Assembly (NCBI GenBank): GCA_035505775.1
Contig: DATJQN010000235.1
Coordinates: 1-63,945, forward strand
From: Rectinemataceae bacterium
Lineage (GTDB): Bacteria > Spirochaetota > Spirochaetia > Treponematales > Rectinemataceae
Direction of reading: 5' to 3'
Length of the DNA: 63,945 nucleotides
This document shows, one piece after another, positions 53,860-62,628 of the stretch. The translations under genes were made by a program, and so were the position numbers. Below the pieces are notes generated by a model that made no database searches, was not told the origin of the DNA, and worked only from the letters and a program-made list of their open reading frames with translations. The first letter of the stretch is position 1. Each line of letters starts with the position of its first letter.

Positions 53860-54708
53860 CTATGTTCTACGTTTGGCGATGACGGCCCGCATCGCATCCA
53901 GCTGACGCATGCCGGCATCGCCGAGTCGTTCCATGACTTCCACGTACAGCGCGTCCACGATGGCGAGCTGCGCGATCCGCGCGGAAAAGGCCTCGCTCGC
54001 ATAGGGCGAGGAAGGAGCCGCGGAGATGAGGAGCTGGTCCGCCATCTTTGCGAGCGGGGAGCGCTGGTAGGTGCAGAGCAGCACGAGGGGCACGCCATTT
54101 CTCTTGAGTTCCGCGGCCAGGGCGAGGGCATCGGTGTTGGCACCGCTGTGCGAAACCAGGAGGGCGACATCCTGCGGCGCGGCCTGGCTCGCGGACATGA
54201 GCTGGACGTGAAAGTCCTCCGGGGCCGAACAGCGCAGCCCCGTGCGAAGCAGCTTGTGGTAGGCGTCCCGCGCCACCATGCCGGAGCCTCCGAGACCGAG
54301 GAAGAGGATCATGCGTGCCCCGACGAGGAGTTCCGCCGAGGCCTCGAGCGCTGTCCGATCGAGGCCCTTCATGGTGAGCTCGAGAGCGGACATCGCTGTC
54401 TTGAATACGACCGATACCGCGGTCTCGCCGTCGGCCGATTCCACCGCGGCGTCGTAGAAACGGGCATTGGGGGGTGAGGTCTCCGTGGCTAGGGCAATCC
54501 GGAACTGCTGATAGCCCTCGTAGCCGAGCTTCCTCACGAAACGGAAGAGGGTGGACTCCGAAACCCCGATGCGGTCGGACAGCTCCTCGATGCTCGGATG
54601 CACCGCGTCGGCGGGAGCGGCGAGGATGAAATCGGCAACCTTCCGCTCCTTCAAGCTCAGCGAGGCAAGGCTTTCATGGATGGCATAAATGCAGCTCTTT
54701 TTATCCAT
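53860..54708 (-). CDS. MurR/RpiR family transcriptional regulator (HTH_6 + SIS)
   Basis: LSLKERKVADFIL...SIEELSDRIGVSESTLFRFVRKLGYEGYQQFR and a SIS domain (ILFLGLGGSG). Start set at ATG 54708; the ORF track begins at TTG 54753, which has no SD. Confidence 0.8.
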   Translation of the reverse strand: MDKKSCIYAIHESLASLSLKERKVADFILAAPADAVHPSIEELSDRIGVSESTLFRFVRKLGYEGYQQFRIALATETSPPNARFYDAAVESADGETAVSVVFKTAMSALELTMKGLDRTALEASAELLVGARMILFLGLGGSGMVARDAYHKLLRTGLRCSAPEDFHVQLMSASQAAPQDVALLVSHSGANTDALALAAELKRNGVPLVLLCTYQRSPLAKMADQLLISAAPSSPYASEAFSARIAQLAIVDALYVEVMERLGDAGMRQLDAMRAVIAKRRT

Positions 54709-54912
54709 TTCGAGTGCCTGCCGCAGTGTATCGTGAAAAAAAATATCTTTCAAGAAAAGAATATTTCAATTGGCCGCATACCGAACGTGATTGGGGAGTA
54801 CCACAGGGCGGACGTAGCAGCCAACCCATCAGACGACGCATCGGCCGGCGCAACGGCCAGGAGAGGTCCGAAACGCTTGTTTCGGGGTGGGGGGAGTTCG
54901 TACATTGGAACG

Positions 54913-56715
54913 ATGGCAGATGCTGCACTTCGCCTGTCCGAGTTCCGCTCTGGCGAGGAGATCCGCTACGATCTCCGGAGTCCGGGACGCTGGATCTTTT
55001 CGCACCTCATGCGCTATCCCTGGCTCCCGGTCCTCGCGGCCCTGTTCTCGATCGCCAACAATGTGGGCTATTCGGGACTCCAGCTCCTGATAGGTCGCGG
55101 CTTCGATGTCGTGAGGCTGCATCCGGGGCAAAGCCAGCTCCTGCTTTCGGTGGCGCTCCTCATAGGCGGAGCCGGCGTCCTCCAGGGGCTGGCGGGAGTG
55201 GTCCGGAACCTTTCCTTCGAGTTCCTGGCCCAGAAAGTGGAACGGGACTCCCGGGCGGAGCTGTACTCGAGCCTGCTCGGCAAGAGCCAGACCTTCCATT
55301 CGCGGCAGAAAGTCGGCGACATCATGGCCCGCGCGACGAACGACGTGCACTTCCTCAACCTGATGTTCTCCCCCGGGATCGCCATGATCATGGACTCGAC
55401 CCTCACCACGGTCGTGCCCCTCATCATGATCGCCACGATCACCCCCCGACTTCTGCTCGTGCCCTCGATATTCATCGTACTGCTCGTGCTGACCGTCTGG
55501 GGCTACAACCGGCGGCTCAATCCCGCCACCGACGAGCAGCGTCGGACGTTCGGATCTCTCAACGCGACGTTGGCCGACGCGCTCGAGGGGATTGAGACGG
55601 TGAAGGCCAATCTCGGGGAGATCCGCGAGACGGCGAGATTCGTGCGCGGCGCCCAGGCGCTGCGGGATCTCTACATCCGCATCGCCAGGATCGAAGGCAG
55701 ATACTGGCCCCTCCTCGTCTACGCCATCTGCTGGGGAGCGGCCTTCGTGCACGCCCTCTTCCTCTGGCACGCCGGGCTGATCACCATCGGACAGGTCGTC
55801 AGCTACATGCTGCTGTACAATGTCTTTCGCTTCGCCACTTTCATATCGCTCTGGTCGTTCAACCTCTTCCAGATGGGCCTCTCGAGCGCGGCCCGCGTTC
55901 TCGAGACGATCACTGCGAGGAGCGAGCTGGACGAGAACGTCGGCGGCCTGGCCAAGCCCATCGTCGGGAGGGTCGAGTTCAGATCGGTGAGCTTCTCCTT
56001 CTGCGGCAAGCAGGGCTGCGACGACGGCAAGCCCGGTGCGGCCGGACCGGTGCTCCGCGGCGTGTCGTTCGTCGTCGAGCCGGGCCAGACGGTTGCCGTC
56101 GTCGGACGCACCGGCTCGGGCAAGACGAGTCTCGTACGCCTGGTCAACCGGATCTTCGATGTCGATTCCGGCCAGGTCTTGATAGACGGAGTGGATGTCA
56201 GGGACTGGAACCTGGAGAGTCTCCGGAGCCAGGTCGCGAGCATCGAACAGGACGTGTTCCTCTTCTCGCGGCCCATCCGCGAGAACATCGGGTTCGGCAA
56301 GGAAGGCGCCGCCCACGACGAGATCGAGCGGGCCGCCCGCGCCGCCCAGGCCCACGAGTTCATCGAGTCCTTCGAGAAGGGCTACGACACGGAGGTCGGC
56401 GAGCGGGGCGTCACGCTCTCCGGCGGCCAGAAGCAGCGCGTGGCGATCGCCCGGGCCTTCCTGGTCGACCCGAGGATCCTGATCCTCGACGACTCCACCT
56501 CGGCCATCGACTCCCGTACGGAGGACGAAATCCAGAAGGCAATGCGCGAGGCCAGCCGGGGGCGGACGACCTTCCTGATCACGCATCGGCTTTCGCAGAT
56601 CCGTTGGGCGGACAAGATCATCTTGCTCAAGGGCGGCACGGTGGCCGCTTCGGGCACGCATGCGGAGCTCCTCGAGGAAAGCGAGGACTACCGCCGGCTT
56701 TTCGCGAGGGTATAG
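54913..56715 (+). CDS. ABC exporter, fused permease/ATP-binding subunit (type I exporter)
   Basis: Six-TM ABC_membrane region, Walker A GRTGSGKTS, signature LSGGQKQR, Walker B ILILDD. Start ATG 54913. Confidence 0.85.
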   Translation: MADAALRLSEFRSGEEIRYDLRSPGRWIFSHLMRYPWLPVLAALFSIANNVGYSGLQLLIGRGFDVVRLHPGQSQLLLSVALLIGGAGVLQGLAGVVRNLSFEFLAQKVERDSRAELYSSLLGKSQTFHSRQKVGDIMARATNDVHFLNLMFSPGIAMIMDSTLTTVVPLIMIATITPRLLLVPSIFIVLLVLTVWGYNRRLNPATDEQRRTFGSLNATLADALEGIETVKANLGEIRETARFVRGAQALRDLYIRIARIEGRYWPLLVYAICWGAAFVHALFLWHAGLITIGQVVSYMLLYNVFRFATFISLWSFNLFQMGLSSAARVLETITARSELDENVGGLAKPIVGRVEFRSVSFSFCGKQGCDDGKPGAAGPVLRGVSFVVEPGQTVAVVGRTGSGKTSLVRLVNRIFDVDSGQVLIDGVDVRDWNLESLRSQVASIEQDVFLFSRPIRENIGFGKEGAAHDEIERAARAAQAHEFIESFEKGYDTEVGERGVTLSGGQKQRVAIARAFLVDPRILILDDSTSAIDSRTEDEIQKAMREASRGRTTFLITHRLSQIRWADKIILLKGGTVAASGTHAELLEESEDYRRLFARV

Positions 56716-56716
56716 C

Positions 56717-58525
56717 ATGGGTTTCATAATGGACGGCCTCGAATCGGAGGCTTACGACCGGAGCTATTCGGACCGTCAGCTCTTCTCGCGCATACTCGCC
56801 TATTTCCGGCCTTTCCGCTCGCGGATCGCCATCGTCGTCGGAGTGCTCATCCTGGCCTCCCTCTCTGAGTTTCTCGCCCAGGTGATCGTCGCCCGCTCCG
56901 TGGACCTCGCCTCCCAGCGCCCCCAGGCGGCCGTATTCGCCCTTGTTGGCATCGCGGTTGCCGCGTTCGGCTCGCTCGAGTGGGGCTTCAACTACCTCCG
57001 CTACTTCCTTTCCGGACGGATCGTCGGCGAGTCGATCTTCCGCCTGCGCAGGGATGCCTTTTCCCGCGCCATCTCCCACGACCTCTCGTTCTACGACGAG
57101 CACTCGTCCGGAAAGGTGGTCAGCAGACTGACCACGGACACCGAGGACTTTTCGAACGTGATCGGCCTGGTCGTCGACTTCCTCTCCCAGCTCGTGCTCG
57201 TAGCCGTCTTCTTCGGTTACCTCATGTCCCTCAGTTCGCGGCTCGCGATCATGCTCCTCGTGATGGCGCCGATCGCCGCCATCCTTGCCCTCGCGTTCCG
57301 GCGCCTCGCCCGCTTCGTGACGCTCAACGCCAAGCGCATCACGGCCCAGGTGAACTCGAGGATTCAGGAGTCGGTGTCCGGGATCGGCGTGGCCAAGGGT
57401 TTCCGTCGGGAACGGGCGCTGTGGAGAGCCTTCAAGGACGACAATCGCACCGCCTACCGCTTCGGACTGAGGCGGGGGATCGTCCTCCAGCTCATCTTCC
57501 CCGTCGTTGGAATCGCCTCCGCCCTCGGTAACAGCCTGATCTTCTTCGCCGGCGGCAGGTCCGTCTGGAGTGGGGCGCTCAGCATCGGCCAGTGGCTGCT
57601 CTTCATCCAGGCAGTCGGCTTCTTCTGGTGGCCGATGCTCAACATCGCCTCCTTCTGGAGCCAGCTACAGGATGGGCTGGCCGCGGCTGAGCGCGTGTTC
57701 TCCCTGATCGACCGCGAACCCCGGGTGAAGCAGCTGGGTGACCGGAGTCCCTCGCGCATCGAGGGCGCCGTGAGCTTTCGGGACATCGGGTTCGCCTATT
57801 CGAGCAAGGAGAAGGTGTTCGAGGGTTTCTCGCTCGACATCGCCTCGGGAGAGAAGCTCGCCATCGTGGGAAAGACCGGCGCCGGCAAGTCCTCGATCGT
57901 CAAGCTTCTGTGCCGCTTCTACGAGTTCCAGTCCGGCGAGCTCCTGCTCGATGGGCTCGACATCCGCGGCTACTCGCTCGACGCGGTGAGGGCGTCCATA
58001 GGTCTCGTTTCGCAGGACCCCTTTCTCTTCCCCGGGACGGTGGCGGACAACATCCGCTACGCCCGGCCCGAAGCGGAGGCCGCGGACGTGGAACGGGCGG
58101 CGCGATCCCTGGGCACGGGCGACTGGGTCGATGACCTGCCCGCCGGCCTCGAGACGGAGACCGGACATCGCGGTTCGTCGCTTTCGATGGGCCAGCGGCA
58201 GCTCGTGGTGCTCGCGCGCGTCCTGCTCAAGGACCCGCGCATCTTCATACTCGACGAGGCCACGTCGAGCGTCGATCCCTTCACCGAGGCCCAGATCCAG
58301 GAGGGGCTCGAGACCATCATGCAGGGGCGCACCGCGATCGTGATAGCGCACCGTCTTTCCACGGTGAAGTTCGCCGACCGGATCGTCGTCCTCGGAGACG
58401 GGGAGATCATCGAGGAAGGCAGCCACGAGGTCCTGCTCAGCCGCGGCGGCGAGTACGCCACGTTGTACGACACCTTTTTCAGGCATCAGAGCATCGAGTA
58501 CATCGAGGCGGCCCAGGTTCGATAG
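56717..58525 (+). CDS. ABC exporter, fused permease/ATP-binding subunit (partner of 54913..56715)
   Basis: Six-TM region, Walker A GKTGAGKSS, signature LSMGQRQL, Walker B IFILDE. ATG lies 2 nt after the upstream stop. Confidence 0.85.
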   Translation: MGFIMDGLESEAYDRSYSDRQLFSRILAYFRPFRSRIAIVVGVLILASLSEFLAQVIVARSVDLASQRPQAAVFALVGIAVAAFGSLEWGFNYLRYFLSGRIVGESIFRLRRDAFSRAISHDLSFYDEHSSGKVVSRLTTDTEDFSNVIGLVVDFLSQLVLVAVFFGYLMSLSSRLAIMLLVMAPIAAILALAFRRLARFVTLNAKRITAQVNSRIQESVSGIGVAKGFRRERALWRAFKDDNRTAYRFGLRRGIVLQLIFPVVGIASALGNSLIFFAGGRSVWSGALSIGQWLLFIQAVGFFWWPMLNIASFWSQLQDGLAAAERVFSLIDREPRVKQLGDRSPSRIEGAVSFRDIGFAYSSKEKVFEGFSLDIASGEKLAIVGKTGAGKSSIVKLLCRFYEFQSGELLLDGLDIRGYSLDAVRASIGLVSQDPFLFPGTVADNIRYARPEAEAADVERAARSLGTGDWVDDLPAGLETETGHRGSSLSMGQRQLVVLARVLLKDPRIFILDEATSSVDPFTEAQIQEGLETIMQGRTAIVIAHRLSTVKFADRIVVLGDGEIIEEGSHEVLLSRGGEYATLYDTFFRHQSIEYIEAAQVR

Positions 58526-58538
58526 GGGTCGGGGACTC

Positions 58539-59102
58539 TCAGCGGGCGGCGAAGGTCCCGACGAGCTCGGCGGTCGCCAGGACGTGTCCCTTGATCGCTC
58601 CCAGGAGTTCGTCGCGGGTGAAGGCCCTGCCTCCACCGATCAGCTCGTCGAGCGCATAGAGCCTGAACACGTAATGATGAACTCCCGAAGGAGGCTGGGG
58701 CCCGCCCCAGCCGAGGACTCGCCAGTCGTTGAGCCCTTGCCGCGTCCCGTCCGGGAGCCGCCCGGCAACGGGGAGGCCGCTCTTCAGGCTCGTGGTCCTG
58801 GGGGGAATATCCCAGAGCACCCAATGCACCCATCCTCCGGGGCGCGGGGCGTCGGGGTCGTCACACACGAGGGCGAAGGCGATGGTGCCCGGAGGGGCCC
58901 CCGACCAGGCGAGGGGAGGGGAGAGATCCTGGGCCGCATGGGAATACATGGCCGGGATGGGGCTGCCCGGCGCAAAGGCCGAAGATTCGAGTTTCATACG
59001 CGCCACCCTTGACTGGGCATGGAGGACGGTCAGTGGCGTCACGAGGACAAGAAGCAGCAGAAAACAGGATCGCAGCCGCAAGACGTCCGCATTGACTCCC
59101 AC
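58539..59102 (-). CDS. YbhB/YbcL family Raf-kinase-inhibitor-like (PEBP) protein, secreted
   Basis: PEBP motifs (LVCDDPDAP...WVHWVLWDIP; GPQPPSGVHHYVFRLYALD). Signal peptide. GTG start is preceded by AAGGAG. Confidence 0.85.
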   Translation of the reverse strand: MGVNADVLRLRSCFLLLLVLVTPLTVLHAQSRVARMKLESSAFAPGSPIPAMYSHAAQDLSPPLAWSGAPPGTIAFALVCDDPDAPRPGGWVHWVLWDIPPRTTSLKSGLPVAGRLPDGTRQGLNDWRVLGWGGPQPPSGVHHYVFRLYALDELIGGGRAFTRDELLGAIKGHVLATAELVGTFAAR

Positions 59103-59233
59103 GGGAGTTGACTCCTTCCAGGACCCGCCCAGCTCCTTGTTGAGGAATTCTCCCGCTTCCCGCCGGACTTGTCAATTCGCGGCCTTTCCTTGGTCAGGGT
59201 GTGGCTGGCCAGCCCGTACAGGAACGGAGGTAT

Positions 59234-59256
59234 CTAATATTTCGGTAAAATATTAG
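59234..59256. promoter_or_regulatory. perfect 9-N5-9 palindrome CTAATATTT-cggta-AAATATTAG in an AT-rich island
   Basis: Read directly. Sits between the divergent PEBP gene and the iron-sulfur flavoprotein gene, about 30 nt upstream of a TTGACA hexamer (59284-59289). Confidence 0.35.
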
Positions 59257-59344
59257 TGATATATCAAAATCGATCTTTTTTTCTTGACACCTTTTCAAGG
59301 GCGTGGCACCCTCAATCGACCCCCATTCCCAGTGGAGATACTCA

Positions 59345-61444
59345 ATGCGAAGAATCACGCGGCATCCCATCGTTCCAGGTGCAGAGGGAAGGCGCGAGGT
59401 AGAGTTCACCTTCGACGGGACAGTCATGACCGGATTCGAGGGAGAGATGGTTTCCTCGGCCCTGTTCGCCAACGGAATCAAACGCTTCTCTCTGCATCCC
59501 AAGGACGGCTCGCCCCAGGGCATTTTCTGCGCGAACGGCCAGTGTTCCCAGTGCACCGTGGCCGTGGACGGTCTTCCCATGAAAGCCTGCATTACGCCGC
59601 TCACCAAGGGCATGGATCTGCGGACGATGCAGGGCCTGCCCGTCCTGCCGGCCGCGGATTCACCCCTGGCCTCCTCCGGCAAGCGCATCATCTCGACCGA
59701 TGTTCTGATCATCGGAGGCGGACCCTCGGGCCTCGGCGCCGCCGCCGAACTCGCCAAGCTCGGGTTTACCGTGGTGATCGCCGACGACAAGCAGAGTCTG
59801 GGCGGCAAGCTCGTGCTGCAGACCCACAAGTTCTTCGGCTCCGAGCAGGATTGCTACGCGGGCACCCGGGGGCTCGACATTGCCAGGAAGCTTGAGGCCG
59901 AACTGCGCGCCGACCCCAAGGTGACCATACTCACGAACTCACCGGTCGTCGGACTGTACAAGGATCGGAAGGCCGGGATCTTCCAGAATTACAGCTCATA
60001 CCTGCTTGTGGATTTCAAGGCGATCGTCGTCGCGGCAGGCGCCCGCGAACGCTCCATCATCTTCCCGGGCAACGACCTCCCGGGCGTGTACGGGGCCGGC
60101 GCCTTCCAGACCCTCGTGAACCGGGATCTGGTCAGGGCTGCCGAACGAGTGCTGATCATCGGATCGGGGAACGTGGGCCTCATCGGGGCCTACCACGCGC
60201 TGCAGGCGGGCATCGAAGTCGCGGGCATTGTCGAGATCCTCGACAAGGTCAACGGCTACAAAGTCCATGCCGACAAGATCCTGCGCATGGGCGTGCCCAT
60301 CCATCTCTCCACCACCGTGGTCTCGGTGGAGGGGGAGGGGAAGGTCGAGCGTGCGACCGTCGCCCAGGTGGACAGGGAATGGAAACCCCTGCTCGACACC
60401 GCCCGGACCTACGAGGTCGACACGGTTCTGGTCGCGGCGGGGCTCAGCTCCTGCGACGAGTTCTACCGACAGGCTGTCGCCTACGGGTTCCTCGCGGTCA
60501 AGGCGGGCGACGCCGAGGAGATCGCCGAGGCATCGAGCGCGCTCTTTGGCGGCAAGATTTCGGCCTTCGCCCTCGCCAAGATGCTCGGAAAGAAGGTCGA
60601 GGTCGACGAGTCCTGGATCGAGAAGCGCGAGGTGCTCAAGTCGCGGCCCGGGGACCGAATCCCCCGCGAAATGGTCAAGGTCTCGGAGAAGTGGCGGCCG
60701 GTCTTCTTCTGCGAAGAGGAAATACCCTGCAATCCCTGCACGACCGTCTGCCCGACCGGCTCGATCCTGCTCAGGCCGCGCCGCGGCAACATCCTGGACC
60801 TCCCCTATTTCGAGGGCAACGACTGTCGCGGCTGCACCGCCTGCGTGGCCGCCTGTCCCGGCCTGGCGGTGTCTCTGGTGCGGAGCATCGACGAGTCCTG
60901 GAGCGAGGCCGCGCTTCCGTACGAGTTCAATGCCGACTTCGAGGTGGGCAGCAGGCACGGCCTGCTCGCCATGGACGGCAGCTTTGTCGAGGAGGCGGAG
61001 CTGCTCAAGAAAACCTTCAACAAGCGCTACAAGACCTGGATACTGAACTTCAAGGTGAGTTCAGCCAACGCGTCACGCGTGATCGGCATCCGCGTCCAGC
61101 GCATCGAAGCCACGCGGAGTCTCGCCAGCCCGGTTTTCTCCTGCGCGGCCGAGGATGCCATCGTCTGTCGCTGCGAGCGCGTCACCTTCGGCGAGCTCGT
61201 GCGGTTCATCAAGGACAACCACGTCACCGACGTGAATCAGCTCAAGAGCATCCGTGCCGGGATGGGTGCCTGCGGCTCCAAGACCTGCACCGCGCTCTAT
61301 CCCTCGGTATTCCGGGCCGCGGGCTTCGATCCGAAGACGACCACCCCGGGCTCCCTCCGGCCCCTCACCGTCGAGGTGCCCATGTCGGCGCTGGTCAACG
61401 AGGGCGGTGACGACTCGGCCGTCGTGCAGGGAGGACTGGTGTGA
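59345..61444 (+). CDS. multi-domain iron-sulfur flavoprotein: N-terminal 2Fe-2S (HcnA/SoxA-N-like) + FAD/NAD(P) oxidoreductase + 2x4Fe-4S + BFD-like 2Fe-2S
   Basis: CANGQCSQCTV...C (2Fe-2S), VLIIGGGPSGLGAA and IIGSGNVGL dinucleotide motifs, CNPCTTVCP and CRGCTACVAACP, then CRCERVTFGEL...CGSKTC (BFD-like). Confidence 0.8.
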   Translation: MRRITRHPIVPGAEGRREVEFTFDGTVMTGFEGEMVSSALFANGIKRFSLHPKDGSPQGIFCANGQCSQCTVAVDGLPMKACITPLTKGMDLRTMQGLPVLPAADSPLASSGKRIISTDVLIIGGGPSGLGAAAELAKLGFTVVIADDKQSLGGKLVLQTHKFFGSEQDCYAGTRGLDIARKLEAELRADPKVTILTNSPVVGLYKDRKAGIFQNYSSYLLVDFKAIVVAAGARERSIIFPGNDLPGVYGAGAFQTLVNRDLVRAAERVLIIGSGNVGLIGAYHALQAGIEVAGIVEILDKVNGYKVHADKILRMGVPIHLSTTVVSVEGEGKVERATVAQVDREWKPLLDTARTYEVDTVLVAAGLSSCDEFYRQAVAYGFLAVKAGDAEEIAEASSALFGGKISAFALAKMLGKKVEVDESWIEKREVLKSRPGDRIPREMVKVSEKWRPVFFCEEEIPCNPCTTVCPTGSILLRPRRGNILDLPYFEGNDCRGCTACVAACPGLAVSLVRSIDESWSEAALPYEFNADFEVGSRHGLLAMDGSFVEEAELLKKTFNKRYKTWILNFKVSSANASRVIGIRVQRIEATRSLASPVFSCAAEDAIVCRCERVTFGELVRFIKDNHVTDVNQLKSIRAGMGACGSKTCTALYPSVFRAAGFDPKTTTPGSLRPLTVEVPMSALVNEGGDDSAVVQGGLV

Positions 61445-62589
61445 AGAGCTACGATCTCGTCATCGTGGGGGCGGGCTCGGTGGGAGTCCCGCTCGCCTAC
61501 TACTGCGCGGCGCGGGGGCTGAAGGTCGGGGTCATCGAAGCGGAGGCGTCGTGGGGCCGCGGCCAGAACCGCGCGGCGATCGGCGGCATCCGCGCGACGC
61601 ACTCCGATCCGGCCAAGATCAAGATATGCCAGGAATCGCTCCAGATCGCTTCCTCTTTCGAGGAGGAGCATGGAATCGATATCGAGTGGCGGCAGGGGGG
61701 CTACCTCTTCGTCGCCTACGACGAACAGCGCGAGAAGGCCTTCCGCGAGCTCCTGGCAGTCCAGCATGCCGCGGGCCTGGACATAGACTGGGTGAGCGCC
61801 GAGCGCGTAAAAGAACTCTCGCCCGGCATCACTGCCGAGGGCCTGCGGGGCGGTACCTTCAGTCCCGGAGACGGCTACGCCTCCCCCCTCATGACCTCAA
61901 CTGCCTTCCATAAGCTTGCGATCGGCGCGGGTGTCGAGTTCATGTTCGACGAGCGCGTGACCGGAGCGGAGATGGAAGGCACCAAGCTGCGCCGGCTCCG
62001 GACCGACAAGGACAGCTACGAGGCCGGGCTGTTCGTCAACGCCGCGGGGGCAAGAGCGGCGGAGGTCGCGGGGTGGACCGGGGCGGAGATTCCCGTGCAT
62101 CCCGATTGCCACGAGGGCGGCGTGACCGAGCCGGTCGCCCGCTTCATGGAACCCATGCTCGTCGACATTCGACCCGACGGCGAGTCGGGGAACTACTACT
62201 TCTATCAGGCGGCCACGGGACAGGTAGTCTTCTGCATCACGCCCAAGCCCCAGGTCTGGGGCATGGAGACGGACAACAGCTCGGGCTTCCTCCCGCTCTG
62301 CATACGGCGCATGCTTGAACTCTATCCGAGACTCCGCAACCTCAAGGTGAGGCGAACCTGGCGCGGACTCTATCCCATGACGCCCGACGGACTTCCCATC
62401 GTGGGCTACGCCCGCGAGGCGGAGAACGTCCTGCTGGCCGTGGGGATGTGCGGGCAGGGCTTCATGATCGGTCCGGGCCTCGGGCGCATCCTGTCAAAGG
62501 TGATCGCCGACCGGACGAAGGAGTACGACTTCATCTTCGAAGAGCTGACGCCGTATCGCAAGTTCGAAGGGATGGAGATGCTCAAGTAG
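61441..62589 (+). CDS. FAD-dependent oxidoreductase (DAO family; sarcosine oxidase beta / HcnC / proline dehydrogenase beta-like)
   Basis: YDLVIVGAGSVGVPLAYY FAD motif and DAO-family length. GTGA overlap with the upstream gene. Confidence 0.85.
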   Translation: MKSYDLVIVGAGSVGVPLAYYCAARGLKVGVIEAEASWGRGQNRAAIGGIRATHSDPAKIKICQESLQIASSFEEEHGIDIEWRQGGYLFVAYDEQREKAFRELLAVQHAAGLDIDWVSAERVKELSPGITAEGLRGGTFSPGDGYASPLMTSTAFHKLAIGAGVEFMFDERVTGAEMEGTKLRRLRTDKDSYEAGLFVNAAGARAAEVAGWTGAEIPVHPDCHEGGVTEPVARFMEPMLVDIRPDGESGNYYFYQAATGQVVFCITPKPQVWGMETDNSSGFLPLCIRRMLELYPRLRNLKVRRTWRGLYPMTPDGLPIVGYAREAENVLLAVGMCGQGFMIGPGLGRILSKVIADRTKEYDFIFEELTPYRKFEGMEMLK

Positions 62590-62628
62590 CGGTCCGGAAC
62601 GGGCTGCTGCGGGGAGGGGTGGGTCAGG

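Noticed and set aside
51196-54477. 1093-aa ORF on the plus strand antisense to gnd, the PfkB kinase and the RpiR gene
   Set aside because: Same reasoning: a shadow ORF opposite three well-supported genes, with low-complexity charged/Gly-rich translation and no recognisable domain.
59304-59318. Sigma54-type promoter (TGGCAC-N5-...) upstream of the iron-sulfur flavoprotein gene
   Set aside because: The -24 element TGGCAC is perfect. The -12 position reads ATCG instead of TTGC, so the invariant GC is missing, and no enhancer-binding protein gene is nearby.
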